64,000 bases of DNA. Origin: Cyanophora paradoxa CCMP329. Taxonomy: Eukaryota; Plantae; Glaucophyta. The position numbers were made by a program, and so were the translations under genes. The notes beneath the pieces were generated by a model. That model had not been told where the DNA came from. It did no database searches and saw only the letters and a list, made by a program, of their open reading frames with translations. The stretch is from contig QPMI01000044.1 in assembly GCA_004431415.1 (NCBI GenBank), forward strand, positions 310,001 to 374,000, written 5' to 3'. Shown here in pieces: positions 30,001-35,158 of the stretch. Each line of letters opens with the position of its first letter. Position 1 is the first letter of the stretch.

Positions 30001-32985
30001 TGGTATGATAAGTTGGGATAACGTTTTTAGTAAACCGCTGTCGGCAACTTGGGCTACCGGAGATTGGATTAGATCAAGTGATGATTATGAAAGAGTATAT
30101 TTCGGTTCAGCAGGAACTACATACATTAGAGGTCATACAACAACAGTAGTAGAGTTTAGGAATACGATAGATACACATGTAGCATTTATAAATGACGACG
30201 GTTACATGTGGGTTAGAAACTATCTTGGACAAGGTAGCGATAGAAGATACAAAACCGATATTAAAAAGATAACCGGCGCTCTTTCAGCAATTGAAAAATT
30301 GGAAGGAGTGAGTTTTAAACGAATCGGAAGTGAAAAAGACGGAACAAGATTAGGTTTAATTGCGCAAGATGTGCAACAGGTTATACCAGAAGTTGTGAGA
30401 GCAAAACAAGATGATGGCTACTTAGCTCTCGAATACACGGGTTTAATTCCTGTTCTCATAGAAGCCGTTAAAGAGTTATCTAAGAAATGCAAGAGTCTAC
30501 AAGATCAAATAGATCAAATTAAAAATGTCACAGTATAATAAATGGCGACCTATCCACTTGGTGGATCTCCTTCCACTACTACTGAGCCTGTCGCTCTTGC
30601 ATTCGATACTATTAAACTTGTAGCCGCACTACAAAATGTCGAAAAAACAATTCAGCAAACTAACAAACTGTCCCCAGTTGTTCATGAATATAAAAACCTC
30701 TTGGTTAATGTCCTTGCGCAATCGGCTTATGGTGATCCCGTAGCACGTTACGCCGAATGTGATTCTAACCTTAAAGCGATGACATCAAACCTCCAATGTC
30801 TAACAACCGCTTACCAATCTCTTGGATCGAATCTTATCACATTGGCTTAATGGTTTATTTTTATTTTTCATAGAGCATGCATAAGAAAGGCATGTATCTT
30901 GCATAGTGGGCGGGGCGCGAGTGTATTTTAACGTGGTCTATCGTCGTACTTTGTCGGTGGGGCTTACCTTGATCTCGCAAGTTTGTGCAGGTGGGCATTT
31001 TCGGCAGCACAAACTTGCTTTAAAAAATATAAAATGAAATTCGATTAGGTATTCATTGATTAGCTTGTCCGAGTCTCACTATAACACTGTCGGCATTTAT
31101 AGTAGAGACCATCCTTCGTACTTTGCTTTTTATTATACTCGCTTGCAGGCTTCTCAATCTTGCAATCCGGGCATATCTTCGATTGTACTTCGATTTTCGG
31201 ACGCGTTTTTAAGACATTGTGATAGTGATCATTTTGATAGTCACGGTGGCACTCTATGCATCTCCAATATAATGTTATATTTCCCGACTTGCACTTGCGC
31301 AAAGGGAACCACAATGCAGGCTTGACCTCTTTGCACACATTGCACAGTTTACTTTTAGGTAAGGGGAGCTGATTACCCGGCATCTTTATACTTGTATAGT
31401 GGGAAATCTTTAAGTGGGGATATACGCACTTCATAAGTTGTTTTAACCTATCGGTGGGGCTCACCTTGATTTTTCAATTTGAATTACTGAAAACAGTTTG
31501 ACAAGGATCGGAACATTACGCAAAAATAGGGTCTTACTGTCCTTACTGAGAGATCGGAAGGCGGAATAAAGGCTTACTGAAAATGGTAAGGGATTAGAGA
31601 GAAGATTATATGTAGGTTTTTGTGATTGGTTTCAGTAAGGAGGAGTTAGATGTTTGAAAAATACAGTGCTAATTTATGATTTGTTACTGAGCCTTACTGA
31701 GAAATTTGAAAATGGATAATGGGCTTACTGAGAATGGTAGTGGGGAAAGAAAGAAGAGGGCGCGCAATTGGTGGGGCTTACCTGCAAGCGAGCCACGCCG
31801 GGCCCCCGCAGGAGTCGTCGCGGTCCTTCGCGCAGGAGGTCATGCAGGCCGGCGTCCGCCGCTCCCTCGCCCGCGAGTGCGCCGCCCCCGTCCCCGCGCC
31901 GGCGCCGGCACTGGCGCGGCCCGCGGGGGCCGACCGGGGCCGGCAGGATGATGTTCTTCGCGCGCGAGCTGTACCTTAACCAGTCGATCGTCATGTCCCG
32001 CGAGACGATGATCAGCCGCTTCCAGGCGCGCGCCCCGCCCCGCGGCGCCCGCCCGCCGCTGCACGATCTGACGCCTTTGCGCAGACGAACATGGAGCTGT
32101 TCCGCGAGATCGACCTCGGGCTGAAGTTCGGCAGCCCGTCGCTGAAGCTGCCGGGGAGCGACAACCGCTACGCCCCTCAGGTGCGGCCTTTGCAGGCGCA
32201 GCGCTCCCATCAGACTCTGCTGCCCGCCTGACCTGCGCCCGCCCCGGCCGCGCCAGGACCACCTGAACTACGACAAGAACCAGTGCATGGCGGAGAGCGG
32301 CGACTGCTCGGACCTCAATCCGCGGGAGCGCGCAATGTGTACGCCTGCGCCCGCCCGCCGCGAAATTTTAAGCTCCAGCTTTGCTTTCGCCGTTTCTGAG
32401 GCGGCCGGCCCTGCGCGCAGTTATGGTGGGCCTCAACTCGCTGACGGAGCGCTACCTGTCGGGCTGCCTCCAGATCCTGCAGGACAACCTGTGCGAGATC
32501 GAGGGCTGCACCTCGCAGGCGAAGTACACGTACAGCACGAGCCAGTCGCTCAAGGAGATCGAAACCATCTCGCGCCGCTTCCTCGACCGCGGCATGCGCA
32601 CTGCCATCGATCTCTACATACAGGCGCGACCTCGAGGCTACCGGCTCCCACTCCCGCTCCCGTGCGCTGACGCGGGGGCGCGCGCGCGCAGGAGACGGAG
32701 GCGAACATCGCGATGATCCTCATGATCGAGGCCGTCATCATGACCATCGCATTCGTCTTCCTAACCGGACTATACTTCGTGCGTGCTCGCGCGCGGGCGG
32801 GCGGGCGGCGAACGGGCGCCGGCGCTGACGGGGCGGGGCGGCAGCTGCTGTTCAAGCCGATGGTGCAGGGGCTGATGGACGAGGCGAACCGGACGTCGCA
32901 GATGCTCATGATGATCCCCAAGCGCTTCATCTTCGAGGTCGAGTACCTCCACTCCTACTTCTCCAACTCCGTCGGCGACGACTGA
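1..32985 (+). CDS. Multi-exon TmcB/TmcC (tiny macrocysts)-like multi-pass membrane protein; 5' end lies outside the window; one intron carries the PLV
   Basis: Spliced exon peptides include several TM helices, a TPR-like TmcB/C region (FYGEAQKHHKECLRLLKAFW...YENLVKKYPNSKVLLRAYG-YLEDV-NEPEKA) and IVE-ILMNVPRPVIRAI. Coding resumes after the insertion at 31812 (ESSRSFAQEVMQAGVRRSLARE) and ends LFKPMVQGLMDEANRTSQMLMMIP...SVGDD-TGA at 32985. Exon limits approximate. Confidence 0.75.
6577..6582 (+). repeat. Left target-site duplication CACGCC
   Basis: Identical hexamer directly outside both TIRs (6577-6582 and 31794-31799). Confidence 0.95.
6583..7488 (+). repeat. Left terminal inverted repeat (906 bp)
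   Basis: Starts GCTCGCTTGCAGGTAAGCCCCACC; reverse complement of 30890-31793. The differences I found are two 1-bp homopolymer indels near 6850-6870. Confidence 0.95.
6995..7318 (+). CDS. TIR-encoded tandem CxxC zinc-finger protein (copy 1)
   Basis: Two K-x-C-x2-C-x3-K...C-x2-C units (KLCNVCKEVK..CIEC; KICPDCKIEK..CRQC). ATG 6995 preferred over GTG 6914. Confidence 0.75.
   Translation: MPGNQLPLPKSKLCNVCKEVKPALWFPLRKCKSGNITLYWRCIECHRDYQNDHYHNVLKTRPKIEVQSKICPDCKIEKPASEYNKKQSTKDGLYYKCRQCYSETRTS
7762..7849 (+). repeat. Tandem AGGCTTGTCT 10-mer array followed by TTGTAA repeats
   Basis: About six near-perfect 10-mers directly visible. Confidence 0.85.
7891..8030 (+). repeat. Short direct repeats (GGGATACC..AAAGGAGACA several times; GTTTCTATTGACAGGTGTC x2)
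   Basis: Directly visible in the non-coding region inside the left TIR. Confidence 0.75.
8256..8648 (+). CDS. speD: Prokaryotic-type pyruvoyl S-adenosylmethionine decarboxylase proenzyme homologue
   Basis: 130 aa with G-x-H start, LDESHATAHSY self-cleavage motif and AIDIFTCG catalytic Cys motif. Confidence 0.88.
   Translation: MDSRYRGYHVMLDYITDPFTESPEACAEWITANLSQYITDRNMRIVHQHTCIFDGSISPPGFAIGFLLDESHATAHSYSDQGLLAIDIFTCGSNAEAKTMGIARDINELIQERLKVRKWDLQVEQRFPIS
8674..8988 (-). CDS. Tandem DUF5710-like domain protein
   Basis: Two copies of Y-[VL]-DIP-[FY]-x2-KD-x-AK...[KR]WD...CWYV. Confidence 0.8.
   Translation of the reverse strand: MEGEKYYVDIPFDKKDVAKSLGGKWDRENSCWYVTKKDHPLCSQFKTLSYEQVYQRNVKVYLDIPYEFKDQAKAEKARWDPVMRCWYVMGLDHPLMGKFPIKEH
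9002..9019 (-). promoter_or_regulatory. Candidate viral promoter motif GAAATTATTTTCTCCGGT
   Basis: Just upstream of the ATG at 8988. Exact copy at 14768-14785; variants at 15337, 15896 and 19023. Confidence 0.65.
9028..10410 (-). CDS. Retroviral-type (rve) integrase of Polinton/PLV type
   Basis: YQADL, ETDNGSEF, GIMNRFHLTLK, YNNTIHRTIGMKP and SH3-like FKPGLHVRV...FDKG...YSREVYKI. Confidence 0.93.
   Translation of the reverse strand: MSRIVRRVAGEETETTILPIAVPETEQVPQKITKRQAKSNLLGDVPFSIANPSSKIVRRMYDPKTGFKNPSAIYEELRKEDKTLTLKEVQDVAAKQEFMQINKKPPAPTQTAFIPITAPPWCYQADLIFYLSYGSYNSGYIAVLTLIEMTSRKAYAKKLKNKEGASVAAAFAEMLTELPAPMIRLETDNGSEFIAKEFQEVVKNNGIEHRFKQVGDHTSLGIMNRFHLTLKTMINNYCVAYNTVRFMDKLDDFVFNYNNTIHRTIGMKPADVKLSDMERIRAAIISKKNTIVKDIFSDFKPGLHVRVLLPRSKFDKGATQRYSREVYKIAGRRGNAIEVQDAAGNVMPKLFKPHELQIITEVEAVVEPSGNAILAADVEAASIRQVQKEGIDVAASVPKGALLEDRAEKTKRALRELAKLTIAGTEKLSEVNSQRWYKSFKNQSASYTAPTTRILRSSRS
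10429..14745 (-). CDS. Divergent family-B DNA polymerase fused to SF1 helicase and C-terminal HNH/EndoVII-like domain
   Basis: PolB motifs AVDMAKCYPS, K..LVKEIGMLGK, GIRTDCLY. Helicase motifs MPGSGKST, MFDEIF, GDTYQNEP, TGHSTQGLT, YTALTR. C-terminus CAIC...VDRINN..HLKDNC...CN. Confidence 0.88.
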   Translation of the reverse strand: MPRATNRIANNVRDEIIGYIMQGLSQDLLTEEQAHWAMHNTMNRKPKLQTLIDIRDTLNGIINPRVFRRAERKEKRAARTQVNIEKQKQKEQEAKRLQRFDRKQEQKRAKEAKLEAKQQRGKLKAVEDAIKRTILDPIAQYDPETLATITFKLWAPGSGARSSEVIVIPGIPELNIPDRTFVTYRNIRETVSVRVLRNFALAKMDRMSQILIRPGQVRHDWHESESIFDLLENYDELKIRLGTFGQAYEMFFFKTPPTEEQKKLRKGFDDFGGSVDDAFITVHEVAIDGDEGVEDDGAGAIPGNRYEFLDEELMDSMRCTAIMSKFTDYTLNPNASEFEDVIELPKSSTSNACGYDMIISTWGASIKKCQEAPKPRYTDLTMSYDGLYKFFHGRERTPGDSLALTLRHIEKFCKRIQTGFRVFDVDGKLIYKFAAESINKNINPRNIHFMIHNKHIYIFNDNIKSLEMRMAKMEVEELDNHVPKSTSSLALYKIPTCLTHDIFAHTSKDLLKITQLKLSPDERSFIRILYTGREGLEGLLFTFLKMRYEPAVKLTPSKQIDSITFKANGSMFSIKDPRTTDHFIEQDFETEEYYNKVCEIGKGFRESLLNATNISHYSPNMREILTHYKRSALSGFFYKPNPKATYTAVDMAKCYPSILKGMQYLPKYNVFDDFVPFKAGSDILEHAIYYVRVVAFEREQATFADDEDVDYDAAMSRKIDGIEIILDRAFSVSGRCYNFMTGYTLSMHWADVKDKIEIIAVAEPSHLVPNTSIAEMQKVLSSDIQTTDKKHILVKEIGMLGKFQDSQTSTKMFYNRAEAERFAQECGGTVEVFTFNPKNSKRVKTLSEFEGHIYFVKISSHRELVNGFLPIHFHIYDRNRANMFAQYKRLTARGHKVAGIRTDCLYIEGSWTSKKEFDRNAFENMGKFSYIPGKRCPENALRPPRGVTLEFQDPDTLINRFSLRDEFNPECFNWVAELHNRMLVLADMPGSGKSTLGINCFASQKSNCLVICPYNKQCAELRDSLKVRGIENITVRTLYNVLGIRVSNDQTYEEAMSEKDQRAFVSEFSHIMFDEIFAYSVKDLAKIKSFIDRYPDIKYLANGDTYQNEPINDDLSVSDRKGYYKRAVQSMFPNVLSLRINKRHKKETDRELIRAIKEDLFENGLEAAQIISKYGLPTINDLNAIPDGYFGIAYRNEMTLAYNKLMHDRRKVNIPTVEVNGIKFYKGLEVVCRRYLRISRSEGESINAYTNYTYRITKITKQMVTLTDVFDGVTFEVPCAMLEHFSLPYAGTGHSTQGLTLDSGIVICEATFRYTTREWFYTALTRNRDLSTVLIYTPIHKFQGKHDYIEYLKTKIRGYKCQDQRAGRDFDETDYITPEWILERKKQQKGACAICSLPIPIEPQDPNYRLVVDRINNRRPHLKDNCQLAHHGCNCSKK
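14768..14785 (-). promoter_or_regulatory. Candidate viral promoter motif upstream of the polymerase gene
   Basis: Identical 18-mer to 9002-9019, about 22 nt upstream of ATG 14745. Confidence 0.65.
14915..15328 (-). CDS. Basic coiled-coil protein with AT-hook-like motifs (putative DNA-binding)
   Basis: RRPGRPKK and PAGRPRK flank a K/R/E/Q-rich helix; promoter-motif variant at 15337. Confidence 0.7.
   Translation of the reverse strand: MAKPKISNQEAMAAQQEKRRPGRPKKVITEEEKAERLRLKREKDAERQRNKHQRQKQERLAAGEATIFTPEQLQKIAIRKQQRYQDDEEYREKIREKAREYQRRKRAERKLNPPVKPQPQKPAGRPRKHVVENAKNS
15453..15866 (-). CDS. Hypothetical viral protein
   Basis: ATG ORF co-oriented with neighbours; promoter-motif variant at 15896-15909. 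Confidence 0.55.
   Translation of the reverse strand: MNFITQCIEMFHLHFTSTCHNSCCDTTVEVNISDDENGGRRLSVYSNHSDNHNHPRSRSPSPVPAAMSSNIETSQIEDVHVEHIRRRSCPEFVEGHFRADSPYPMYRLDQMALGDDDSLTNPYVYPQQQEQTVWNGY
16070..16753 (-). CDS. Hypothetical coiled-coil viral protein
   Basis: 227-aa ATG ORF starting 2 nt after the ATPase stop. Confidence 0.7.
   Translation of the reverse strand: MVYRKKPQTIQTVASGNPNRGLEESGLTSGGGLEMPEYLVDTSPEEVAKQEAIIASATADKGNQDSGKRQMEDLATVKPQIGGGSVDEATDKVLKAQVVASQHKTQDVPKAAETELKKRGSYQKHTVPVDVVMSFEEKVRDLEMKVSNYEKWMQDYNERKKLKGLVKKEISKLGLKQKVDVEEIKKEEKTDAQAVTRQQSVAPQYAHIVPTAPVNYAAMLGGKRHIR
16756..17622 (-). CDS. A32/FtsK-HerA family genome packaging ATPase
   Basis: Walker A AKTNCGKS, Walker B ILIVLDD, GRH...ISQ, IRSN. 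First ATG is at 17622. Confidence 0.93.
   Translation of the reverse strand: MQKGTTPMDLEEWNPKQRVKLPARFLLLAKTNCGKSVFLKWLIKELEDQISYVLVFCPTSFNGFWGQITDEVHDTWKPEYVESIIEARKKAIIAGKKPKNILIVLDDCLESGTIDLSRDHLLNKLMAQGRHTFCSVALISQKLTKLSTIIRSNAEYIIFLSWSNMREFEAYHEEFGNMDKESFKRMFQEFCHSYQAIIHDNTGYSVRWWVEKADMIDDHPFTKFHKRAAFEEKKRKQQEEQATKPPPVKDSTTVCKTLSKFERELEGIPKLSQISPKKKKMLIKCKKR
17681..18994 (-). CDS. Major capsid protein (double jelly-roll, predicted)
   Basis: 437 aa, beta-rich (VVFKIPR..FL, LIKRIEI, FPLCAL..EIVVEIEF), located between ATPase and penton genes. Fold is inferred. Confidence 0.8.
   Translation of the reverse strand: METNSQFQRPTLKSMLTTDDYKDYFLNKSLVIGTSSGTKPLRVLVAPDTEPPSALGNRVVFKIPRYHFLNGLALQLDLNPITLTDLTNGVAGTTGYLRVIGSLIKRIEISHASFRYVVPEDFVTQYFLLMTEQGELDKKLRYVGGLVGTAGNTVGGTYEIDLPSPFEKAMFPLCALNSEIVVEIEFKAIGDGIIEDVNNVGNISVVNSGASLQVLKPRIICKVVNADEAVVSETIARVKSTGIAIPYNEIGFLHTDFQPTASGSRVNLSQLTGAGLIHTLVFSVRQNAKTKVNNGTLSVLAPRALRTNAVSFYVELNNNRLYSNTSLPLMIAATELQDKYNSAIFTESTSYPALSGIYFGAGNGKASLLNQENTGYIDATGTSAFDLVFEFNGVTAGGVGNEEWYAGTAYQKMQIQCIALAHNIMIISADGIRRVSA
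19042..19968 (-). CDS. Minor capsid (penton) protein 1
   Basis: SSDDRD...Y.VTLP..Y.NVKSVRLV.A.VPN N-terminus and DRLTIKL.D..G.LLDF....FTFEI C-terminus typical of single jelly-roll pentons. Confidence 0.8.
   Translation of the reverse strand: MKEYLSFSSDDRDEEFTQPNQYVVTLPRRYDNVKSVRLVQATVPNVLSTVTNDIDATGATIERMELYFSVTASDSGFVTITIPKGFYTKDDLAAKVTERLEAARLSDFGGKYIKCRYNTTSKIYEFFSDSNFWFKFSKASPETLRKSSNRKAIAKKLAIFGFKDIQLYVYETFTPLANDTFLVFNPGSGTVTLNRRIRGYTRGDETPAAMIWLYIDEFAPFIRSVNKHVDGYFMRIPIPQELEHGDIYHFDTSTTVPLIREFRELKSFDRLTIKLIDHDGALLDFGIWAHYFTFEIETYDAPPEMNFY
19985..20830 (+). CDS. Minor capsid (penton) protein 2
   Basis: I..DSRD...L.NV..FRVLSAEIPNS, YIYLDIEEL, LDRLTISLR..G...DING..YSFQLEV; paralogous to penton 1. 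Confidence 0.8.
   Translation: MKRITINCDSRDLENGVLHLKTRLNNVRRFRVLSAEIPNSSYVVPPEQTITITLLNEEPTVIPASKMIAPIPSVNDYYYVDADNERYPKERALNSDALLGFAGGSFNPLGLFPVSYSLALSTNRFVFSSPNSPFTLESSDQEFCDCLGIEPGVVYASTPEPVPVPLRDYPSRYAIICPKMVDFNAIPYIYLDIEELRPFTKFAAVTGRQNNFDDSYLLRIQMNSDFGRYSFYHEPSASIPFVNVTSQLDLDRLTISLRKWRGSVADINGLSYSFQLEVITD
20838..22331 (-). CDS. Patatin-like phospholipase with C-terminal discoidin (F5/8C)-like domain
   Basis: LSGGGSRG, GTSTG nucleophile elbow, SAAPTYF, IDGC (DGG variant). C-terminal YLRIDF...YIKTFEIDY...RIDFEG. Confidence 0.88.
   Translation of the reverse strand: MKTCLALSGGGSRGIIEAAILAQIEAQTGKRIQQLFDCFAGTSTGGLIALLLNIKGTDGAPKYTATDILALYKAKLPLIFANPRVLTSIVQRPKYEATNLEAVALELCGSATMADLYKPTIVTAFDTILMSPVFISSNDEDINGMLVRDAARATSAAPTYFEPKQVTVAGRTYCLIDGCMSGNNSPGVCGYTFARTLFGNSCEEELIVVSITAGHVQDSDKATSGYSYDTMKNWGIVQWMLSATGSPILSMFLESSDLNAHVKLLELLPRNDDQNYDRYYKLSVPLPKDKMTLDTITTSHLQYLETEALAFVSAQQTYFNAMYSVLTMNISEGDVPIINLSGCTDISAPPESNWVPLDNSAFIAEFGTASNARWSNATGWVGFTNPPQGSRSGGNYLRIDFPRLFMLSSIKMKPAANGNYIKTFEIDYQLTPGVSALVTYTEAGATRVFTNANQIAGSADPDEHFLANPRSVRTLVIWVLTTNVASACRIDFEGYYV
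22375..26094 (+). pseudogene. Large fibre-like protein with C-terminal TM helix, frameshifted at about 24460-24610 (real lesions or assembly indels)
   Basis: Fibre motifs IYPATDNTYRVG..NLRW and FDLGANSLRW. A beta-domain (FETPFVSPP...TNITTTGFT...ISWKATG) reads across frames and links ORFs 22375-24483 and 24730-26094. Confidence 0.65.
26132..30538 (+). CDS. Tail-fibre-like protein with HxH repeats, four internal repeat domains and C-terminal peptidase S74 intramolecular chaperone
   Basis: HTHTKAQITDF/HTHDYSQIT repeats; SDRRYKTDI...GLIAQDVQQVIPEVV...YTGLIPVLIEAVKEL. Confidence 0.88.
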   Translation: MTEPIVETTIKNAVLDNNFYITHANIPSESNDLIVDLKGYVMGAMASNLWNDIFGYEFGHIYDIANGIGYVDAMAGTAFRNLNCNCVGGWMFQICSNVDPTIDPATVTFDCNLFAPKTIFSITCNLVNSDVPIVAPIIGASNIYIQREPVVTSNVVQGWIQNHTHTKAQITDFDHTHLWEHITNPPLTFPPAAHTHDYSQITNSNHFHTKSEITDFAHTHLWEHITNPPLTFPPAAHTHDYSQITNSNHFHTKSEITDFAHTHLWEHITNPPLTFPPDSHTHDYSEITNSNHRHPWSEIDEQPVFAQLNAIGNVFNGVTLYQSINTPERLFLNDHYVSLNGSFTGETGTPMVGTLAVRLPRDPIVNGVYSGDFNVGVNDTFPSIYVTNYHPGEIGQVADFSAAIQINVTDQSAYDGARPKIVFTREKVVNYLPVAGQPTDDHGKCEMAWIKTTSGGALEVNQRMAAKNLHNTTLSGVVTDDYLTNKGYLTTADLSSYTTDAELTTALANYLPLTGGTVTGTVNSTTLQIGGTTIPKGYEFDQLDSISTDRSANNWTVNWTGHRTGQTGCYTTPLNDEDCSGCFMRWTVPEGMKSFYIQLLNWHNCRYFDIYGETVNGHQHFLKRVNHYQAIQDSGIQDGTYNAIIYTSINCDFYKKILVKGVKGRIHLTGVFGWSRQRATDNDVGLIHYDNIAFNPVGKYSDFDVVSGWNSTGVEFVGSWQTNWKPTTDNPVAGFHSTIQNDETSSDYAQVIVPTGMKTCHIQYLCWTNARYFDIQGYRNSRWNHIMRVNTYQNVSNTADSLWHDSLLWTSVFCGNFTHIRVVARKGRVHIGMLGWTKEVGRTAPANGMISWDNVYSKPSFYSAADLPGTATWATNTWLKSVDAVERVWFGNGDCTYIRGRPNGDGVSIEFRNSADGAILKSYNNGNLWINNTLTVPTISATTIGATTIDVATLKRNGYDVPKCYGFDDTVAGGAYHSSGGTWTVGYGSSWDPGYNYGSYVFNSEADDTESTSTWIQYTIPTAMVNGTAFLTHLPWTNCRYFEIWGVRSNGAIVFITRVNNYHPHNGDSGGHHNGLNNVPIFLAGRFTHIRIYPRVGRVHIMGIGFTHDRAHSSSYGGHTGYISWDNIYSKPNLLTPSLVGNITGFDTWSGTGSGGLSFSGSWVSGWTATNDNPVDGFYSSVSGDTTSSDWAQIEKPANMKTCHVQYLCWTNCRYFDIGGYRSGRWFHIMRVNTYQAISNYGTSDYHDGLAWASFACDNFSHVRFVASKGRCYIGMVGWTKEKGRTSPANGMISWDNVFSKPLSATWATGDWIRSSDDYERVYFGSAGTTYIRGHTTTVVEFRNTIDTHVAFINDDGYMWVRNYLGQGSDRRYKTDIKKITGALSAIEKLEGVSFKRIGSEKDGTRLGLIAQDVQQVIPEVVRAKQDDGYLALEYTGLIPVLIEAVKELSKKCKSLQDQIDQIKNVTV
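26618..27015 (+). repeat. Three 129-bp (43-aa) His-rich tandem repeats in the fibre gene
   Basis: CACACTCATTTATGGGA at 26654 and 26783, with a variant at 26912. Confidence 0.9.
30542..30850 (+). CDS. Hypothetical helical viral protein
   Basis: ATG 3 nt after the fibre stop; ends just before the right TIR. Confidence 0.65.
   Translation: MATYPLGGSPSTTTEPVALAFDTIKLVAALQNVEKTIQQTNKLSPVVHEYKNLLVNVLAQSAYGDPVARYAECDSNLKAMTSNLQCLTTAYQSLGSNLITLA
30890..31793 (-). repeat. Right terminal inverted repeat (904 bp)
   Basis: Ends GGTGGGGCTTACCTGCAAGCGAGC; reverse complement of the left TIR. Confidence 0.95.
31060..31383 (-). CDS. TIR-encoded tandem CxxC zinc-finger protein (copy 2)
   Basis: Translation identical to 6995-7318. 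Confidence 0.75.
   Translation of the reverse strand: MPGNQLPLPKSKLCNVCKEVKPALWFPLRKCKSGNITLYWRCIECHRDYQNDHYHNVLKTRPKIEVQSKICPDCKIEKPASEYNKKQSTKDGLYYKCRQCYSETRTS
31794..31799 (+). repeat. Right target-site duplication CACGCC
   Basis: Matches 6577-6582. Confidence 0.95.
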
Positions 32986-34550
32986 GCGCGCCGGCGCCCG
33001 ATACCGATCCCGGGACCCACCCGCCGGGCCCCGGGGGGGCGCGCGGCCCCCCGCCCGTCCGTGCGGCCGCGGGGCGGGGGCCGGGGCCGGGCTGTCGCGA
33101 GCTCGAGCCCTTTTATAGTATAATTTTAGGCGCCTTGTTGAAAATCGTAGCTTCCTCGCATTCCTTTATCTCCGTAGACGTCGATTCAGCGCAAGCTTCA
33201 GGTTGTTTTCCCGTATGCCTCTGTATGCATGCGCATACTATGATATGTATATTCGCGTATGCCATTCGCTCTGTGTATTTGCGTATCAGATTTCTATTCG
33301 CTTCTATATTCACAGAGATTTAGTCGCTTTGCAAGATAGTTATATATCTAGAATTAGGTTCTTTCGGCTCTTGCAGCCGTTTGATGATACTCTGAGATGA
33401 GACTTTTTCGAATTCTCGACGCTGACTTCGAATATTAATTTGCGGAGCGCAGCTGTCACAGTGTAGATTCTGTAGATCGATTCCAGTTCTCGAGATTCGC
33501 AACATCGATATCGCTTGTCTGGCCTGAGTCGCAGCGACTCTAATTTGCCGCTTATTCAAGATCGGGGGTGCGCAGCACAGCAGATTCAATTTTAGACCCA
33601 TTGGGTTGTGTTCATAACAGGTTGTGTACATGTACATGTTGTGCGCAGGAGCCTTGGGCTTCGGTCAGCCGCCGGGCTGCAGCCTGACGAGCCCCAGCGC
33701 CACGCCGCCAGCCCCGCGAGCTCGAGCTCGAGTCGATCGCCGGCGGGCCCCCCGTGGGCCCCGGGCCCCGGCCGGGGCGCCCGCGCGGTTCACTACTACA
33801 GTAGTACTGGGCCGCCTGCATGCATATGACACACACTGTGACACACAGGCCTGATTCGCGTCACAGGCCTGAAGACTCAAATGCAGTGTACCTGATCGAA
33901 AACCGTTGATTTTGCAAAAACAAAAAAGAAAAGGCCGCGAGGCTCCTGAGAGCTCATGATCACAACTCAAGTTTGCAAATTGCTGGGTACGTATATACAA
34001 CCGTACAAGTTGCGAAGGTGGCCATGCAATATTCAATGATTATGGCCGATTCGTATATCAAAATCCGCGATCATGATGAGCTCGAGTCATGATCAGCTGC
34101 AGAGTCAGTGCTAGTGCAGACTGCAGTCCGACGGTCTGCCACTGAGACTGCCAGGCTGCAGCTCCGAGTCATGATCCCGCCGCTCGCCAGCTGTTTGTAA
34201 CTTATAATTAGTAAGAGCATTAGCGCCGCATGCACGCCGCCGCCGCCGCCGCGGCGCACGCCAAGTGCACGCTCCGAATATATTAATCCTCCGATCGCGA
34301 GGCTCGGCTGCACTAGCTAGCAGTGCCTAGCACTGCGGCAGCTGCAGCGGCTCGCGACTCGCGATCCGATCGCCTCATGATCACGCAAGCCTGAAGCGCT
34401 GCGGCAGCATATATACCGCGCGCCGGGCCGCACGTGCACTATAGCTATATAGCTACGTATACCGTGATACGCATGCACATACGGGTAGTCTAGATCTGGT
34501 ATACGTACTGCATGCGCAGCTGCAGCTGCAGGCTCCATATGCATGTATAT

Positions 34551-35119
34551 ATGGCGTCCAAGCGGCCTTCGCCTCCTCCTTCGGCGCAATCGTTATCGTT
34601 CCTCCTTGTCACCTTCAGCTTGAGCTTGGCGGCGGTGGCTCCGGCGCTGGTCGGCGCGTGCTCGGACTGCGAGGTGGATCGCTCGGTCATTCTATCCGGA
34701 ACAAGCTGCTTGACGGGAGATTGCGATATCGCCAGCGGCACGCTTACGGTCGTCGAGTACCTCGGCGAGTCCTACTGCCTGCAGACGAACTGCACCGCGG
34801 GCCAGGAAATGGTCTCCGCATTCACGTGTACCGACGGTAATCTCGTGGGAGACGACATGTCCAGCTGGCACTACCCAGAGCGCGACCGGTTCATCGAGAA
34901 ACAGACGACCGGCGAATCGCCCTTCTTCGTGGCAATGCGCCCCGTCTGCGCGTGCCAGCCGCCCCTCGTGAACGTCTCCAACGTCTGCGTGAACCCCGTG
35001 ACGCCGTCCCCCAGCCCCAGCCCCAGCCCCTCGCCAAGCCCCAGCCCCAGCCCGTCGCCCAGCCCCAGCCCCAGCCCCTTGCCCAGCCCCAGCCCGTCGA
35101 CGTCTCCCTCCCCTTCAAA

Positions 35120-35158
<39 letters not shown>

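Larger units (their letters stand above)
6583..31793. mobile_element. Endogenous Polinton-like virus (rve-integrase type), complete, 25,211 bp
   Basis: Sharp switch from GC-rich intron-rich DNA to AT-rich intronless gene-dense DNA. Long TIRs, 6-bp TSD, integrase, PolB-helicase, A32-type ATPase, capsid and penton-like genes. No adenain-like protease ORF seen, which favours a PLV over a Maverick or virophage. Confidence 0.95.

Noticed and set aside
6583-31793. Classification as virophage, Maverick transposon or bacterial prophage contamination
   Set aside because: No maturation protease seen; the TSD, TIRs and flanks that rejoin into one eukaryotic intron show a genuine insertion, and the ATPase/capsid/penton set fits a PLV.
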